64,000 nt of DNA, taken from NCBI GenBank assembly GCA_964610465.1, contig CAZSWA010000001.1, positions 15,023 to 79,022 of the forward strand, read 5' to 3'. Position 1 is the stretch's first letter; every line of letters begins with the position of its first letter. The stretch comes from an uncultured Gammaproteobacteria bacterium. GTDB lineage: Bacteria > Patescibacteriota > Microgenomatia > Levybacterales > UBA12049. Both the position numbers and the translations under genes were made by a program. Shown piece after piece: positions 18,007 through 27,727 of the stretch. Below the pieces are notes generated by a model. It was not told the origin of the DNA. It made no database searches and saw only the letters and a list, made by a program, of their open reading frames with translations.

Positions 18007-19809
18007 GTGGAAAACTTACTTAATAGACTAGATGAGGTGCCAATGCTCAAAAGACATAGAAGAATTGCCTTTTGGGTTACATTGGCTATGATATTGAGTA
18101 CATTTGCTATATCGTATATGCAACTTCCAATTAGTGTAGATCATATCCATTTAAATGCGTTTCTCATTTTTTCAACTTTAGTAATGATATTTTTTCTCAA
18201 AATATTACCATTTGAAATGAAATCAGGGCCTCTACGTTGGACGTTTCGTGGACAGGAATTGCTCTTTGGACTTTCATTTGGAGTATTAACTTCTTTTACA
18301 GTGCTTTTTACAGGAGGAATACATTCTCCTTTCTGGTATATCTACATTATGGTACCTATTGGTACTGCAATAAATCTGCCTTCATGGGCTGTACTTATAG
18401 AAGTAATAGAAGCAATTGTCCTTTATCTTTTTACTGTTCTTGTTGGAGGTCCCTTTTTATATAACACACCAATTAGTAGTAATTCGTATAGTACAATTGC
18501 TATATCTTTATCAGGAATTATTTTTTCAAGTATTCTTGCATATCATTTAGCAGAAGATATTATGAAAGATAATAAACAGAAATATGAACTTGCTGTAACA
18601 TTGGATAAACGATCGAAAGAAATTAATGTAGAGAAAAATAAATTTTATACTATACTTTCATCAATTAATGATGGTGTTTTAGTTCTCAATACTTCTCATA
18701 TGATTTCCTTTGGCAACAAAGAGATGGAAAAAATATCTGATAGAAATGTACAGGAATTGATAGGCAAGGATATTACCAGTTTAGGAATACAAACAAGTGA
18801 TGGACAAGTTCTTACAAATTCGTTTATTTTCGATACAAAAAATCATACCAATAACTCTTTTTACTATATAGGAAATAAGTTACAAATTATAAAAAAAAAT
18901 GGAGAGAAAAATTACCTAAGTCTTACTGCATTAAAAGTTGATGAAGGAGAACTTTTAGACATAGATTGCATTTGTGTAGTACATGATATTACAACTGAGA
19001 TGCAAAAAGATGATACAAAACTTGATTTTGTCTCAATGGCTGCTCATGAGTTAAGAACTCCTTTAACTATTATAAGAGGTTATTCAGCACTTCTTATACA
19101 GAAAAGTAAAAATTTTGATTCAGAAACAATAGATTTTATTAATAGGTTGGAAGTAAGTAGCAGAAATCTTGCTGATCTTATCGATAATCTATTAAGTGTA
19201 TCCAGAATTGAACATAATACTTTTAAAATAGAGAAAATACCTGTTAATTTACGAAAGACCATTGTAGATATTGTTCGTGATCTTCAAGAACAGGCAAAAA
19301 TAAAAAACCAGAATCTGGAACTTTTTATACCAGACAGTTTACCTTTTGTAATTGCAGATGAGCTTCGTATTAGACAAGTGCTTGTCAATCTTATCGCAAA
19401 TTCAATAAATTACACCCAGGTAAATGGACATATTACGGTAACTGTAACCTTAAAAGATTCATATCTTTCAGTTTCAGTTACCGATACAGGCGTTGGTATT
19501 CCTCAAGAAGCATTGCCAAAATTATTTACCAAATTTTTTAGAGTATCAGGACAACTTGAGCAAGGCTCAAAAGGAAATGGACTTGGACTTTTCATATGTA
19601 AATCAATTATTGAAATGCATAATGGAAAAATTTCTGTAAACAGCGAATACGGCAAAGGCACAACTTTTATGTTTGAATTACCTGTTGCATCTATTGAAGA
19701 TATTGCCAAATTTAGAAATACAATATCCCAAAGTATGCTTACTGATGTAAGCAGAAAAGGTATCATTATTAACAAAGAGTTGGGTTCTCAATATACGCCT
19801 AGTGCATAA
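18007..19809 (+). CDS. membrane sensor histidine kinase (multi-TM N-domain, PAS, HisKA, HATPase_c) with about 40-aa C-terminal extension
   Basis: 600 aa. 5-6 TM helices, H-box AAHELRTPLTIIRGY, G-boxes (DTGVGIPQE...GNGLGLFICK). Confidence 0.8.
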   Translation: MENLLNRLDEVPMLKRHRRIAFWVTLAMILSTFAISYMQLPISVDHIHLNAFLIFSTLVMIFFLKILPFEMKSGPLRWTFRGQELLFGLSFGVLTSFTVLFTGGIHSPFWYIYIMVPIGTAINLPSWAVLIEVIEAIVLYLFTVLVGGPFLYNTPISSNSYSTIAISLSGIIFSSILAYHLAEDIMKDNKQKYELAVTLDKRSKEINVEKNKFYTILSSINDGVLVLNTSHMISFGNKEMEKISDRNVQELIGKDITSLGIQTSDGQVLTNSFIFDTKNHTNNSFYYIGNKLQIIKKNGEKNYLSLTALKVDEGELLDIDCICVVHDITTEMQKDDTKLDFVSMAAHELRTPLTIIRGYSALLIQKSKNFDSETIDFINRLEVSSRNLADLIDNLLSVSRIEHNTFKIEKIPVNLRKTIVDIVRDLQEQAKIKNQNLELFIPDSLPFVIADELRIRQVLVNLIANSINYTQVNGHITVTVTLKDSYLSVSVTDTGVGIPQEALPKLFTKFFRVSGQLEQGSKGNGLGLFICKSIIEMHNGKISVNSEYGKGTTFMFELPVASIEDIAKFRNTISQSMLTDVSRKGIIINKELGSQYTPSA

Positions 19810-19891
19810 GTCTTTGGAATGATTCTTGCTGTTCCTATTGCGGTGCTTACAAAAGTTATTTATAGAGGTATCAATTATTCCTAAAGTATTT

Positions 19892-20527
19892 CTAATAAGT
19901 AATTATATGAACTCTTGACTCTGAAAGTAATGCGGGATAAGGTAATTGAGTCTTCATCTGTACTTTATATAACTTATTGCCTATATCTAGAGTAATAGGC
20001 TGTGAAATTAAGAACTGAGAATCACTTCCTCCGCTATACAAAACTTCTGAAAACCAAACTGGATGATTGTCGGTTGCATTATAAAGTCTTATATTTACAG
20101 TTTCATTGCCAGTAGGGACATGTACTGAAGCTTCAAATACGACACTTTTTATCCTTTGATAATTATTGCTATCAATATATCCCTGTAGGCCTGTCACATC
20201 CTGCCAATCAAGTGAAGTAACAGAACCTCCTCCAAATGGCACATAAAATTCTTTTGCTGAATTGGTAACAAGATTATTATTGGTAGTTTTCACAAATGGC
20301 GATGAAGTCGCTTCTTTAATTTGAGATAAACAGCTGACTGGACAACTCATATCATTTACAACTGGACGTGTAAGCAAAATTGGACTAGGAGTTGGAATAT
20401 TCTCTTGAGCTTGTGTTTTTACGGAGATTTTTTGGAAATATACGATATCAAGCAGTAGTATATTCACAAAAAATAAAAGAAATAACAAAACAATTATAGT
20501 AATAGCAAAAGATTTTTTAATTGTCAT
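19892..20527 (-). CDS. N-terminally anchored extracytoplasmic protein, unknown function
   Basis: 211 aa. Single N-terminal TM; no recognisable domain. Confidence 0.4.
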   Translation of the reverse strand: MTIKKSFAITIIVLLFLLFFVNILLLDIVYFQKISVKTQAQENIPTPSPILLTRPVVNDMSCPVSCLSQIKEATSSPFVKTTNNNLVTNSAKEFYVPFGGGSVTSLDWQDVTGLQGYIDSNNYQRIKSVVFEASVHVPTGNETVNIRLYNATDNHPVWFSEVLYSGGSDSQFLISQPITLDIGNKLYKVQMKTQLPYPALLSESRVHIITY

Positions 20528-20596
20528 AAAGACAGGTCTTATTTAAGAGTACTGAAGTAGTAACTAAGTTGTCAATTCTAATTATAAACAATACGT

Positions 20597-21046
20597 CTAA
20601 TAGGAAAGTGCAGAAAAACCATGCATGGCTCGGTATACTATAAAGTATTGTTGAAAGGGAATGTTAAAAAGAGCCATATCAGTTAATAAATGGAGCAACA
20701 TTGCAAGCGCAAGTGTAAAAAAGATAAGTTTGGTTCTAGTGCTTTTTACCAAAAGGGCAATTATTGCTGAGATAATAACATACTCAAAGGCATGAAAAAA
20801 TACATATGTTTTCCCACTTATCTCAAATTGTAAACCTCTCATGAAGTAATCAAAATTAAAATAAGTTCCAAAAACAAAAAAATAGTCAATAAAATGGTCA
20901 ACATCTATAAGGAACCCGCCGATTAGTCCTACAATAAAAGCGAGTCGTAACATATCTTTTCTTTTTGCACCTAAAATACTCCACACGAAGTATCCTGCAA
21001 TACTGCTTGAAAGCAAATGAAGAGCTACATCAAGATTTGTTTCCAT
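20597..21046 (-). CDS. YdjM/DUF457-like membrane-bound metal-dependent hydrolase
   Basis: 149 aa. Conserved His/Asp pattern (ALHLLSS..., IDVDHF, LLHLLTD). Confidence 0.5.
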   Translation of the reverse strand: METNLDVALHLLSSSIAGYFVWSILGAKRKDMLRLAFIVGLIGGFLIDVDHFIDYFFVFGTYFNFDYFMRGLQFEISGKTYVFFHAFEYVIISAIIALLVKSTRTKLIFFTLALAMLLHLLTDMALFNIPFQQYFIVYRAMHGFSALSY

Positions 21047-21200
21047 ACATATTTCATTATACCTATTCTTTCTTACCTCTTACAAGTTTTTGTTTTACTC
21101 TTATTTTTTTCTTTGGATAATAAAAAGGCAAAGAAAAGAAGGTCTAGTTCTATTCTAGAATGAGTGTCTTCAGAAGGGAGGGTGATAGCAAACGGGATAT

Positions 21201-21395
21201 ATGAAGGGTTTTCAACAAAAAGTTAAAGGGAAATTAGAGCAAATGCAAGGAGAAGTAAATCAACATACCAATAAAGGTGGAAAAGGTGGTATGCAAAAAG
21301 TTAAAGGGAAAATAGATGAAATAGCAGGAGATGTAAAAATGAAAGTAAATGAGGAAAAACTAAAAAATGAAGAATATGATAAGAATGATTATTAA
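21201..21395 (+). CDS. CsbD-family general stress protein
   Basis: 64 aa, repeated KGKxxExxG pattern (KVKGKLEQMQGEV...KVKGKIDEIAGDV). Confidence 0.65.
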   Translation: MKGFQQKVKGKLEQMQGEVNQHTNKGGKGGMQKVKGKIDEIAGDVKMKVNEEKLKNEEYDKNDY

Positions 21396-21718
21396 AAAAT
21401 CTAATTTAGAAAGACATATTTCTGTTATAAACAGTCACTAAATAACAAGAGAGCGGATTCTGTCTCTCCTTCCCCTTATTACAAAACCCGCTCTCAAGTA
21501 AGACGTATATTGGTTATACTGGCAATCAGAACTACATGATAGTTTAACGAACTATCAAAAATATTGTAGTGTAAAAAACAATATCGTTCTTGACACTCGG
21601 GAGACTATTCTCTGACAAAAAGTAAACAAATAATTTTATTCTATCAGTTCTCTTAAAATTTACTCTCTTCTTTCGATACTTTCACCCCCTTTTTATATAA
21701 GGTTTTTATACTTTCATT

Positions 21719-21871
21719 ATGGGTATTCTTACATCAATTGCATTACTACTTTTGGTACTTTGGATTTTAGGAGTAAGTCTTCATATTGCAGGCGCATTTA
21801 TTCATATCATTTTAGTTATTGCAATAGCGCTTTTTATTGGGAAATTCCTGCAAACGAACTTTAGCAGATAG
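21719..21871 (+). CDS. Lmo0937-family small membrane protein (50 aa, not in the ORF track)
   Basis: MGILTSIALLLLVLWILGVSLHIAGAFIHIILVIAIALFIGKFLQTNFSR. Two TM helices with the family's WxLG...IAG...H pattern. Confidence 0.55.
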   Translation: MGILTSIALLLLVLWILGVSLHIAGAFIHIILVIAIALFIGKFLQTNFSR

Positions 21872-22519
21872 TTATCTTTGGAGATATGGTGCAATAAAGA
21901 TGACATCAGTTTTTTTTTCACGCTCCTCATGAAATTGTTCTATTGAGAAATATCTTTCAAATACACGTTCGCTAAGACCATTGGTATGCAATTGTACTCC
22001 AAGATGGAAAATATTTCTTTTAGTCATATGTTTGACAATTTCTCGAGCAAGAGGTCGTACCTGTAGGCTTTCTAGAAAATCTTTTCTTTTACTCCAGTGA
22101 GGATTTGCTACTTCAGAAATAGCAGTCGGGACAAATTGAGTAGTCATATCGCCATTATATATAATAAATTCCATAGAACCAGCATAGAGACGATCGCCTA
22201 CTCGAGACTGCAAATACATGCCTTTAAGATAGGGAGAAACTCTATAAAAATTATGGGCATGAGTTCGAATGCCTTCATCGTTTATTACCTCAGCCATTGC
22301 TCCAAGTAACGTGGTTTTTGTAGCTTCTCCAACCTTTGCTGTTTCAAGTGGAATAGAAATTTGCTGTTCATATCTTCCTGTAAGTGGTTTTTTCACTTTT
22401 TCCTCGACAACCAGAAGTTCATCCTTTAGATTCACAATGACTACACCTACTCCTTGAGTACCGGGTTGGGTCTCAGGTCCATCTAAATCTCTCTTATGAT
22501 AAGTTTCATGTGATTGCAT
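21872..22519 (-). CDS. hypothetical cytoplasmic protein
   Basis: 215 aa ORF, no motif recognised. Antisense ORFs in the track are nested within it. Confidence 0.4.
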   Translation of the reverse strand: MQSHETYHKRDLDGPETQPGTQGVGVVIVNLKDELLVVEEKVKKPLTGRYEQQISIPLETAKVGEATKTTLLGAMAEVINDEGIRTHAHNFYRVSPYLKGMYLQSRVGDRLYAGSMEFIIYNGDMTTQFVPTAISEVANPHWSKRKDFLESLQVRPLAREIVKHMTKRNIFHLGVQLHTNGLSERVFERYFSIEQFHEEREKKTDVIFIAPYLQR

Positions 22520-22566
22520 AAAAACTCTATTATTAGTCGTAAAATTGACTTAAATCATTCTTTTTC

Positions 22567-23115
22567 ATGTATAATACAGAAATGAACTCTCTTATTGATA
22601 AAATCCTCTTGGGGGATTCGCAAGGAGTAATTGAGTTTTATCGTGAGTATTCTCCACAAATACTCCGTTATCTGCGACACAAACTCTCAAGAGAAGAAGA
22701 TGTACAAGAGATATTAAATGATACTTTTTTAGAAGCAATTGACTCTCTTGCACTTTTGAAAAATAAGAATAGTATCTCATCCTGGCTTTATTCAATCGCT
22801 CATCATAAAATAGTAGATTTTTATAGAAAACGTAAAATCAAGTCAATACTTTTTTCTCAAGCTCCTTTTCTTGAAGTTCTTTCTGAAGAGATGCATCAGC
22901 CGGAATTTGTATATGAAAAAAACAAAATAAGAAACAAAATTGAAAAAGCCTACAAAAGCATTTCAAAACGATATCAGGAAATTTTAACACTTCATTATGA
23001 AGATAAAATATCAGTCAAAGAATTATCTTTTTTCTTTAATCTTTCTTTTAAAGCAACAGAGTCCTTACTTTTCAGGGCTCGACAACGTTTCAGGCAAGCC
23101 TATGAACGAACATGA
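22567..23115 (+). CDS. ECF-type RNA polymerase sigma factor (sigma-70 regions 2 and 4)
   Basis: 182 aa. Region 2 (QEILNDTFLEAIDS...WLYSIAHHKIVDFYRK) and region 4 HTH (ILTLHYEDKISVKELS...LFRARQRF). Confidence 0.8.
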   Translation: MYNTEMNSLIDKILLGDSQGVIEFYREYSPQILRYLRHKLSREEDVQEILNDTFLEAIDSLALLKNKNSISSWLYSIAHHKIVDFYRKRKIKSILFSQAPFLEVLSEEMHQPEFVYEKNKIRNKIEKAYKSISKRYQEILTLHYEDKISVKELSFFFNLSFKATESLLFRARQRFRQAYERT

Positions 23116-23329
23116 GTTTCTTTTACAGCTTCAACAACGAGCTCGCGAACAAGAAAAGCTTATGAATGACATGTTGTTCCCGAGAATATTTACTGCTGTA
23201 AGTATCTGGCTTGGTAATCATCCCTGGAGAATTCTTATCCCGCTTGCGTTTCTCGTTACGCTTTTATTGCATAGCATGTTAGGTAAGGCATATGATAATT
23301 TTATCTTGAGAATTTTTGGAGGAACATGA
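23102..23329 (+). CDS. putative single-pass anti-sigma factor (start overlaps sigma stop, ATGA)
   Basis: 76 aa from MNEHEF. Cytoplasmic N-part, one TM helix; translationally coupled to the sigma factor gene. Confidence 0.4.
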   Translation: MNEHEFLLQLQQRAREQEKLMNDMLFPRIFTAVSIWLGNHPWRILIPLAFLVTLLLHSMLGKAYDNFILRIFGGT

Positions 23330-23643
23330 AAAAAAGAACATTTCTCGTTTTTATTGCTTATATTTGGACTAAAACATTACTTGGGTTAACATTCCATCCG
23401 TTCAAGTCGATAAAAGGGCTCATAAGAAGACCAGTACTCTTTCCCGTAATTTTCTCACCACTTATTGGGCTTTGTATTCTCTTTATTGCAGGACGAATCG
23501 CTGCGACACTTCTCCATTTGCAAGGACTGAAACGAGAACTTATTGCACTTTTTTTAAGTACTACATTATTATCAATTCTTTTTTGGCAAGTGCTTTTGGT
23601 CTATTTGTTAGCAAGTTTTCTTTTAGTTTTTCGCAGGAGATAA
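23326..23643 (+). CDS. three-TM membrane protein, unknown; third gene of sigma/anti-sigma operon
   Basis: 105 aa. Start overlaps previous stop. Confidence 0.35.
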   Translation: MKKRTFLVFIAYIWTKTLLGLTFHPFKSIKGLIRRPVLFPVIFSPLIGLCILFIAGRIAATLLHLQGLKRELIALFLSTTLLSILFWQVLLVYLLASFLLVFRRR

Positions 23644-26151
23644 TTAGAGACTATATTTCTTCAAAAACACACTTTTCATTATTTCAACAAAACATAAGTA
23701 CGTTGCTACCAATACAATAAGAATCCCAAAATAGAGGGGGGGAGGAGCTATAAACCCAAGAGATAATGCAAGAGGAGTAAATGGTAGCAGTAGCCCAATA
23801 AGTACAATGCCAAGACAGGTAAGTAACAACCATTTGCTAGGGTTACTTAAGAAAAAAGGAGAACGTGCAGTACGAATTACAAAAACCACCAAAATTTCTG
23901 TTGCGATAGATTCAATAAACCATCCAGTTTGAAATAATGGTCCTTTGGCATGGAAAAGTACAATCATAATAAAAAATGTCAGATAATCATAAATTGAACT
24001 TAACGGACCAAAGAAAATCATATAGTTTTTGATAAAATCAACATTCCAATGCCGAGGTTTTATGAGCGATTCTGGGTCAACATTATCTGATGGAATAGTA
24101 AGCTGTGAGATATCGTAAAGTCCATTAGTCAAAAGTATCTGTACAGGAGTCATGGGAAGAAAAGATAAGAAGAATGACGCCCCTGCTGCAGAGAACATAT
24201 TACCAAAATTTGAACTTGTACTCATAAGAATATATTTAATAGTATTATTAAAGGTTTTTCGTCCTTCAATGATTCCATCTGCTAGCACGTGCAGGTTTTT
24301 TCTCAAAAGTACTATTGATGCTGCGTCTTTGGCAACATCAACTGCAGTATTGACCGAAATTCCAGCATCGGCAGTATGAAGTGCCGGGATATCATTTATC
24401 CCATCTCCCAGATACCCAACAGTATGTCCATTTTTCTGAAGAGCCTGGATTATTTGCAGTTTTTGTTCAGGAGTTACTCGTGCGAAAATATCATGAGTCT
24501 GGACTATGTCTTTTATCTCCTGTTCTGAGAGTTTGGCAAAATCAGGTCCTATGATTACTTTTTTTGCATCCATCCCAACTTCACTACAAATCTTAAGAGT
24601 AATAATTTCATTATCTCCTGTCACGATTTTGGTCTGAACATTTAGTGAATGTAATCTTTGTAGTGCTTCCTTAGCTGATTTTTTGGGAATATCAAGAAAG
24701 GTAATAAATCCTTGAAGAGTAAGATCTCTTACATCATCCCATTCATACTTTTGTTTTTTGACAATAGATTTTTGTGCAATTGCAATTACTCTATATCCTT
24801 GAAGACGCAAAGTTTTTAATTTCTCAAGTATTGCTTTTTTATTTTTCAAATTACTGCACACCTCAAGCACACTTTCCGGCGCGCCTTTTACAATAAGCTG
24901 GGTATGTGTATTGACAACTACGCTATACATAGCTTTCCTGTTATAGTCAAACGGTTCCTCATCTATTTTAGTAATTGATTTATCAATATCGATATTATTT
25001 TTATGCGCATATTCCCAAAGTGCTACATCAATTGCATTTCCCAATACTTTGTGATGCGTAATTGCGCTATTGCAAAGAAGCGCAAGTTTTAGGACACTCA
25101 AGTCTTTTTTCCCTGACGCATCAATATACTCAACTATATCAATTGTCCCTTCTGTCAATGTTCCTGTTTTATCAGTACACAAAATGTCCATATTGCCTAA
25201 ATTTTCAAGTGACAAAAGCCGTTTGGCAACGACATGTTTTTTGGAAAGTTTTCCTGCTCCATGTGCAAGACTTACTGTTACTATGATAGGAAGAAGTTCA
25301 GGGGTAAGTCCTACTGCAATAGCGAGTGCAAAAAGGGCTGATGAAATAAAGTCATGACCAAGCAGTGTGTTCACGAGAAAAATTACGATAGTAAGGAGTA
25401 TAATCACTTTTATGATAAGGTGGCCAAATGAAGCAAGACCTTTTTGGAACTCAGTCATTGGATGAAGATAGGTCGTGCTTTTGGCAATTTTGCCAAACTG
25501 CGTGTCTCTACCTATATTGATAACCACTCCTCTTCCCGATCCGCTTATGACACTTGTTCCCATAAAAGCAAGATTGCTGCTATCAGTTTGAGAAAGGTTT
25601 GTTTTATACACTGTTTTTGATTCACCAGTGAGTGCTGATTCGTTTACTTCTAAATCCTTACTTTCAATAAGCCGAAGGTCTGCTGGTACAATACTCCCTT
25701 GAGAGAGGAGTACCACATCGCCAATAGTTAAGTGACTCACAGGAATTTCCTGTTTTTCATCATTGCGCATGACAAGAGTAGTTGGTGAAATCTTTTTAAG
25801 AAGATTATCAATGGTTTTTCCAGCAGTATATTCATTCCAGAGTCCTAAGGCAATGCTAACCATAATCATGAGAAAAATGTAGTAAGAACTTACCTGTTGT
25901 CCAAGAAGATAGGAGATAAAAGTCGAAAAAGCCAAGATAAGGATAAGCGGATTGCCGGTAAACTGGCGAAGAAGAATTGTGAAAAAATTACTTTTACTTT
26001 TATTGATAGTGTTTAAACCATATTTTTTTTGTCGCTCGAGCACTTCTGCTTGGGTCAGTCCCGCATTTCTCGTCTGAAGTTCTGAAAGCAAATCAGGGTA
26101 GGGAAGAGCAGCATAATTTTTTGGCAAAGGCACTACTAATTCCTGGTGCAT
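23644..26151 (-). CDS. P-type cation-transporting ATPase, MgtA-like (type IIIB, probable Mg2+ importer)
   Basis: 835 aa. Phosphorylation site DKTGTLT, TGDN, hinge GDGINDIPALHTADAGISV, 10 TM; overall MgtA-like order. Substrate assignment is tentative. Confidence 0.75.
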   Translation of the reverse strand: MHQELVVPLPKNYAALPYPDLLSELQTRNAGLTQAEVLERQKKYGLNTINKSKSNFFTILLRQFTGNPLILILAFSTFISYLLGQQVSSYYIFLMIMVSIALGLWNEYTAGKTIDNLLKKISPTTLVMRNDEKQEIPVSHLTIGDVVLLSQGSIVPADLRLIESKDLEVNESALTGESKTVYKTNLSQTDSSNLAFMGTSVISGSGRGVVINIGRDTQFGKIAKSTTYLHPMTEFQKGLASFGHLIIKVIILLTIVIFLVNTLLGHDFISSALFALAIAVGLTPELLPIIVTVSLAHGAGKLSKKHVVAKRLLSLENLGNMDILCTDKTGTLTEGTIDIVEYIDASGKKDLSVLKLALLCNSAITHHKVLGNAIDVALWEYAHKNNIDIDKSITKIDEEPFDYNRKAMYSVVVNTHTQLIVKGAPESVLEVCSNLKNKKAILEKLKTLRLQGYRVIAIAQKSIVKKQKYEWDDVRDLTLQGFITFLDIPKKSAKEALQRLHSLNVQTKIVTGDNEIITLKICSEVGMDAKKVIIGPDFAKLSEQEIKDIVQTHDIFARVTPEQKLQIIQALQKNGHTVGYLGDGINDIPALHTADAGISVNTAVDVAKDAASIVLLRKNLHVLADGIIEGRKTFNNTIKYILMSTSSNFGNMFSAAGASFFLSFLPMTPVQILLTNGLYDISQLTIPSDNVDPESLIKPRHWNVDFIKNYMIFFGPLSSIYDYLTFFIMIVLFHAKGPLFQTGWFIESIATEILVVFVIRTARSPFFLSNPSKWLLLTCLGIVLIGLLLPFTPLALSLGFIAPPPLYFGILIVLVATYLCFVEIMKSVFLKKYSL

Positions 26152-26320
26152 ATATTAGTTATAGCACAGGAAGGAAGAATTAAGGACCATATTTTTTCAC
26201 AAAAGTTTCCTACTTTGCCATATCTAAATTTGGTAGGATTAAAGTGCAAACAAACTAAATGTACTAAACTGTAGACAAATGGCAAAAAGACTATCTTCTA
26301 AATAGCCTTAAAAAATGATT

Positions 26321-27094
26321 TTAACCAAAGGCCAATTTGTTTTTTTCAAATCCTTTTTTCACCAGATATCTGAATTTTCTGGCAACTTCCCATCTTAAAG
26401 AAGAGTGGGTGACAATGGTGGTTCGTATCATCATTGGGCCTGCTGGTTTGATGTCTTCAAGTCCATTGACTATTGAATCAGGAAATAGAGATGAAGAAAG
26501 ATCAGTGTCTTTTTCCAATGCACTCAAGCTCTCCTTTAGTACTTTTAACACTGCATCAACATTACTATCAGCTTTTACTGGAATATCAATAATGACGTTT
26601 GCTCTGTGTCGTGAGAAATTAATTACTTTTTTAATCTGCCCGTTCGGGATAATAGAAAGCGCTCCTTCATCTGTACGGATGGTTAATGTGCGAAATCCAA
26701 TTGATTCAATATATCCTTCGATATCATCAAGTTTTACATAATCACCAATAGCAATTGAAGCTTGGGACAGAAGAAAGATGCCAGCAATAAGGTCTTCAAT
26801 AAGAGGTCGGGCACCAAATCCAAGTGCAATACCAATAATTCCGGCAGATGCCAAAAGGGGAGTGATATTAATCCCAAAGATAATAAACACTACATGCAGC
26901 GCAACTGCGTAAACAAGAATAGTAATAATATTCCGAATGATAGATGCATAGGTTTGTGTTCGTCTATTGTCAAAGCCTTTTGGTACACGAACAAATGAGC
27001 GAAGTAATTGGTTTACAAGTATGGCAATAAGAAGAATAAGTGCGACATTAAAAATATTGCGAGCAAGAAGTGTCTGGTTGGCAATAGGAAACAT
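26321..27094 (-). CDS. small-conductance mechanosensitive channel (MscS family)
   Basis: 257 aa. 3 TM helices followed by the MscS beta-domain pattern (IGDYVKLDDIEGYIESIGFRTLTIRTDEG). Confidence 0.75.
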   Translation of the reverse strand: MFPIANQTLLARNIFNVALILLIAILVNQLLRSFVRVPKGFDNRRTQTYASIIRNIITILVYAVALHVVFIIFGINITPLLASAGIIGIALGFGARPLIEDLIAGIFLLSQASIAIGDYVKLDDIEGYIESIGFRTLTIRTDEGALSIIPNGQIKKVINFSRHRANVIIDIPVKADSNVDAVLKVLKESLSALEKDTDLSSSLFPDSIVNGLEDIKPAGPMMIRTTIVTHSSLRWEVARKFRYLVKKGFEKNKLAFG

Positions 27095-27257
27095 ACAACT
27101 TAGTTCAGCATATAATTCCAGGCATTGCTTGTCAAGGGAAAAGTAACTTTCTTAAGTATCTCTTACTGACTCTTTATTGATTTATCATGTGCTTTTACTA
27201 AATTTATCTCATCACTATAGTATTAGTTTGTAGATAGCGTAATTTTAAAAGGAAGGG

Positions 27258-27352
27258 CCTAGACTCCGCAGAGTCTAGGATCATTTCAAATCAAGAGATT
27301 TGAAATGAGGTCGAAGTTCTCCAAAGCCAAGTCCGACTTGGCAAAGGAGAAC
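27258..27352 (+). promoter_or_regulatory. cluster of three stable stem-loops (structured RNA candidate) in the divergent mscS / glsB-like intergenic region
   Basis: Hairpin 1: 27258-27266 / 27271-27279 (9 bp, GC-rich, loop cgca). Hairpin 2: 27283-27291 / 27298-27306 (9 bp, loop caagag). Hairpin 3: 27316-27322 / 27346-27352 plus inner helix 27326-27332 / 27336-27342. Confidence 0.3.
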
Positions 27353-27394
27353 GAAGATCCCTGACGAATGAAACAAGGAAGGGGGTGAAAAAGT

Positions 27395-27643
27395 ATGAAT
27401 CTATTGTTATGGATTATATTTGGTGCAGTTGCAGGTTGGATAGCATCAATTATTATGGGTACCAATGCAAGACAAGGTTGGTTTATGAATATAGTTCTTG
27501 GTATTATTGGAGCAATCGTAGGAGGACTTATTATGAATCTCTTAGGTGCTCCAGGTGTTACAGGATTTGATTTGTATAGTCTTGTTGTTGCAGTAGTGGG
27601 AGCAGTAATTCTTATCTGGCTTGGACGATTTATCTATCGATAA
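27395..27643 (+). CDS. GlsB/YeaQ/YmgE-family stress-response membrane protein (transglycosylase-associated protein)
   Basis: 82 aa. Characteristic G-rich TM helices (IIFGAVAGWIASIIMG...VLGIIGAIVGGLIMNLLG). Confidence 0.7.
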   Translation: MNLLLWIIFGAVAGWIASIIMGTNARQGWFMNIVLGIIGAIVGGLIMNLLGAPGVTGFDLYSLVVAVVGAVILIWLGRFIYR

Positions 27644-27727
27644 GTCAAATCAAAAAGAAAAACTTCATGCAGCAGTGTATTGCAATTACTGCTGCATGGT
27701 TTTGTGCATGATACAATAGTACTATAT

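Noticed and set aside
21440-21500. 8-bp stem gagagcgg/ccgctctc with 30-nt loop downstream of csbD
   Set aside because: Loop too large and no T-run for an intrinsic terminator.
26152-26320. Possible Mg2+ (M-box) riboswitch in the 170-nt leader of the MgtA-like P-type ATPase
   Set aside because: Leader is AT-rich with no recognisable M-box conserved helices; cannot be supported from sequence.
27278-27360. Apparent outer helix ggatc/gatcc enclosing hairpins 2 and 3
   Set aside because: GATC is self-complementary, so the match is trivial and overlaps hairpin 1; not counted as structure.
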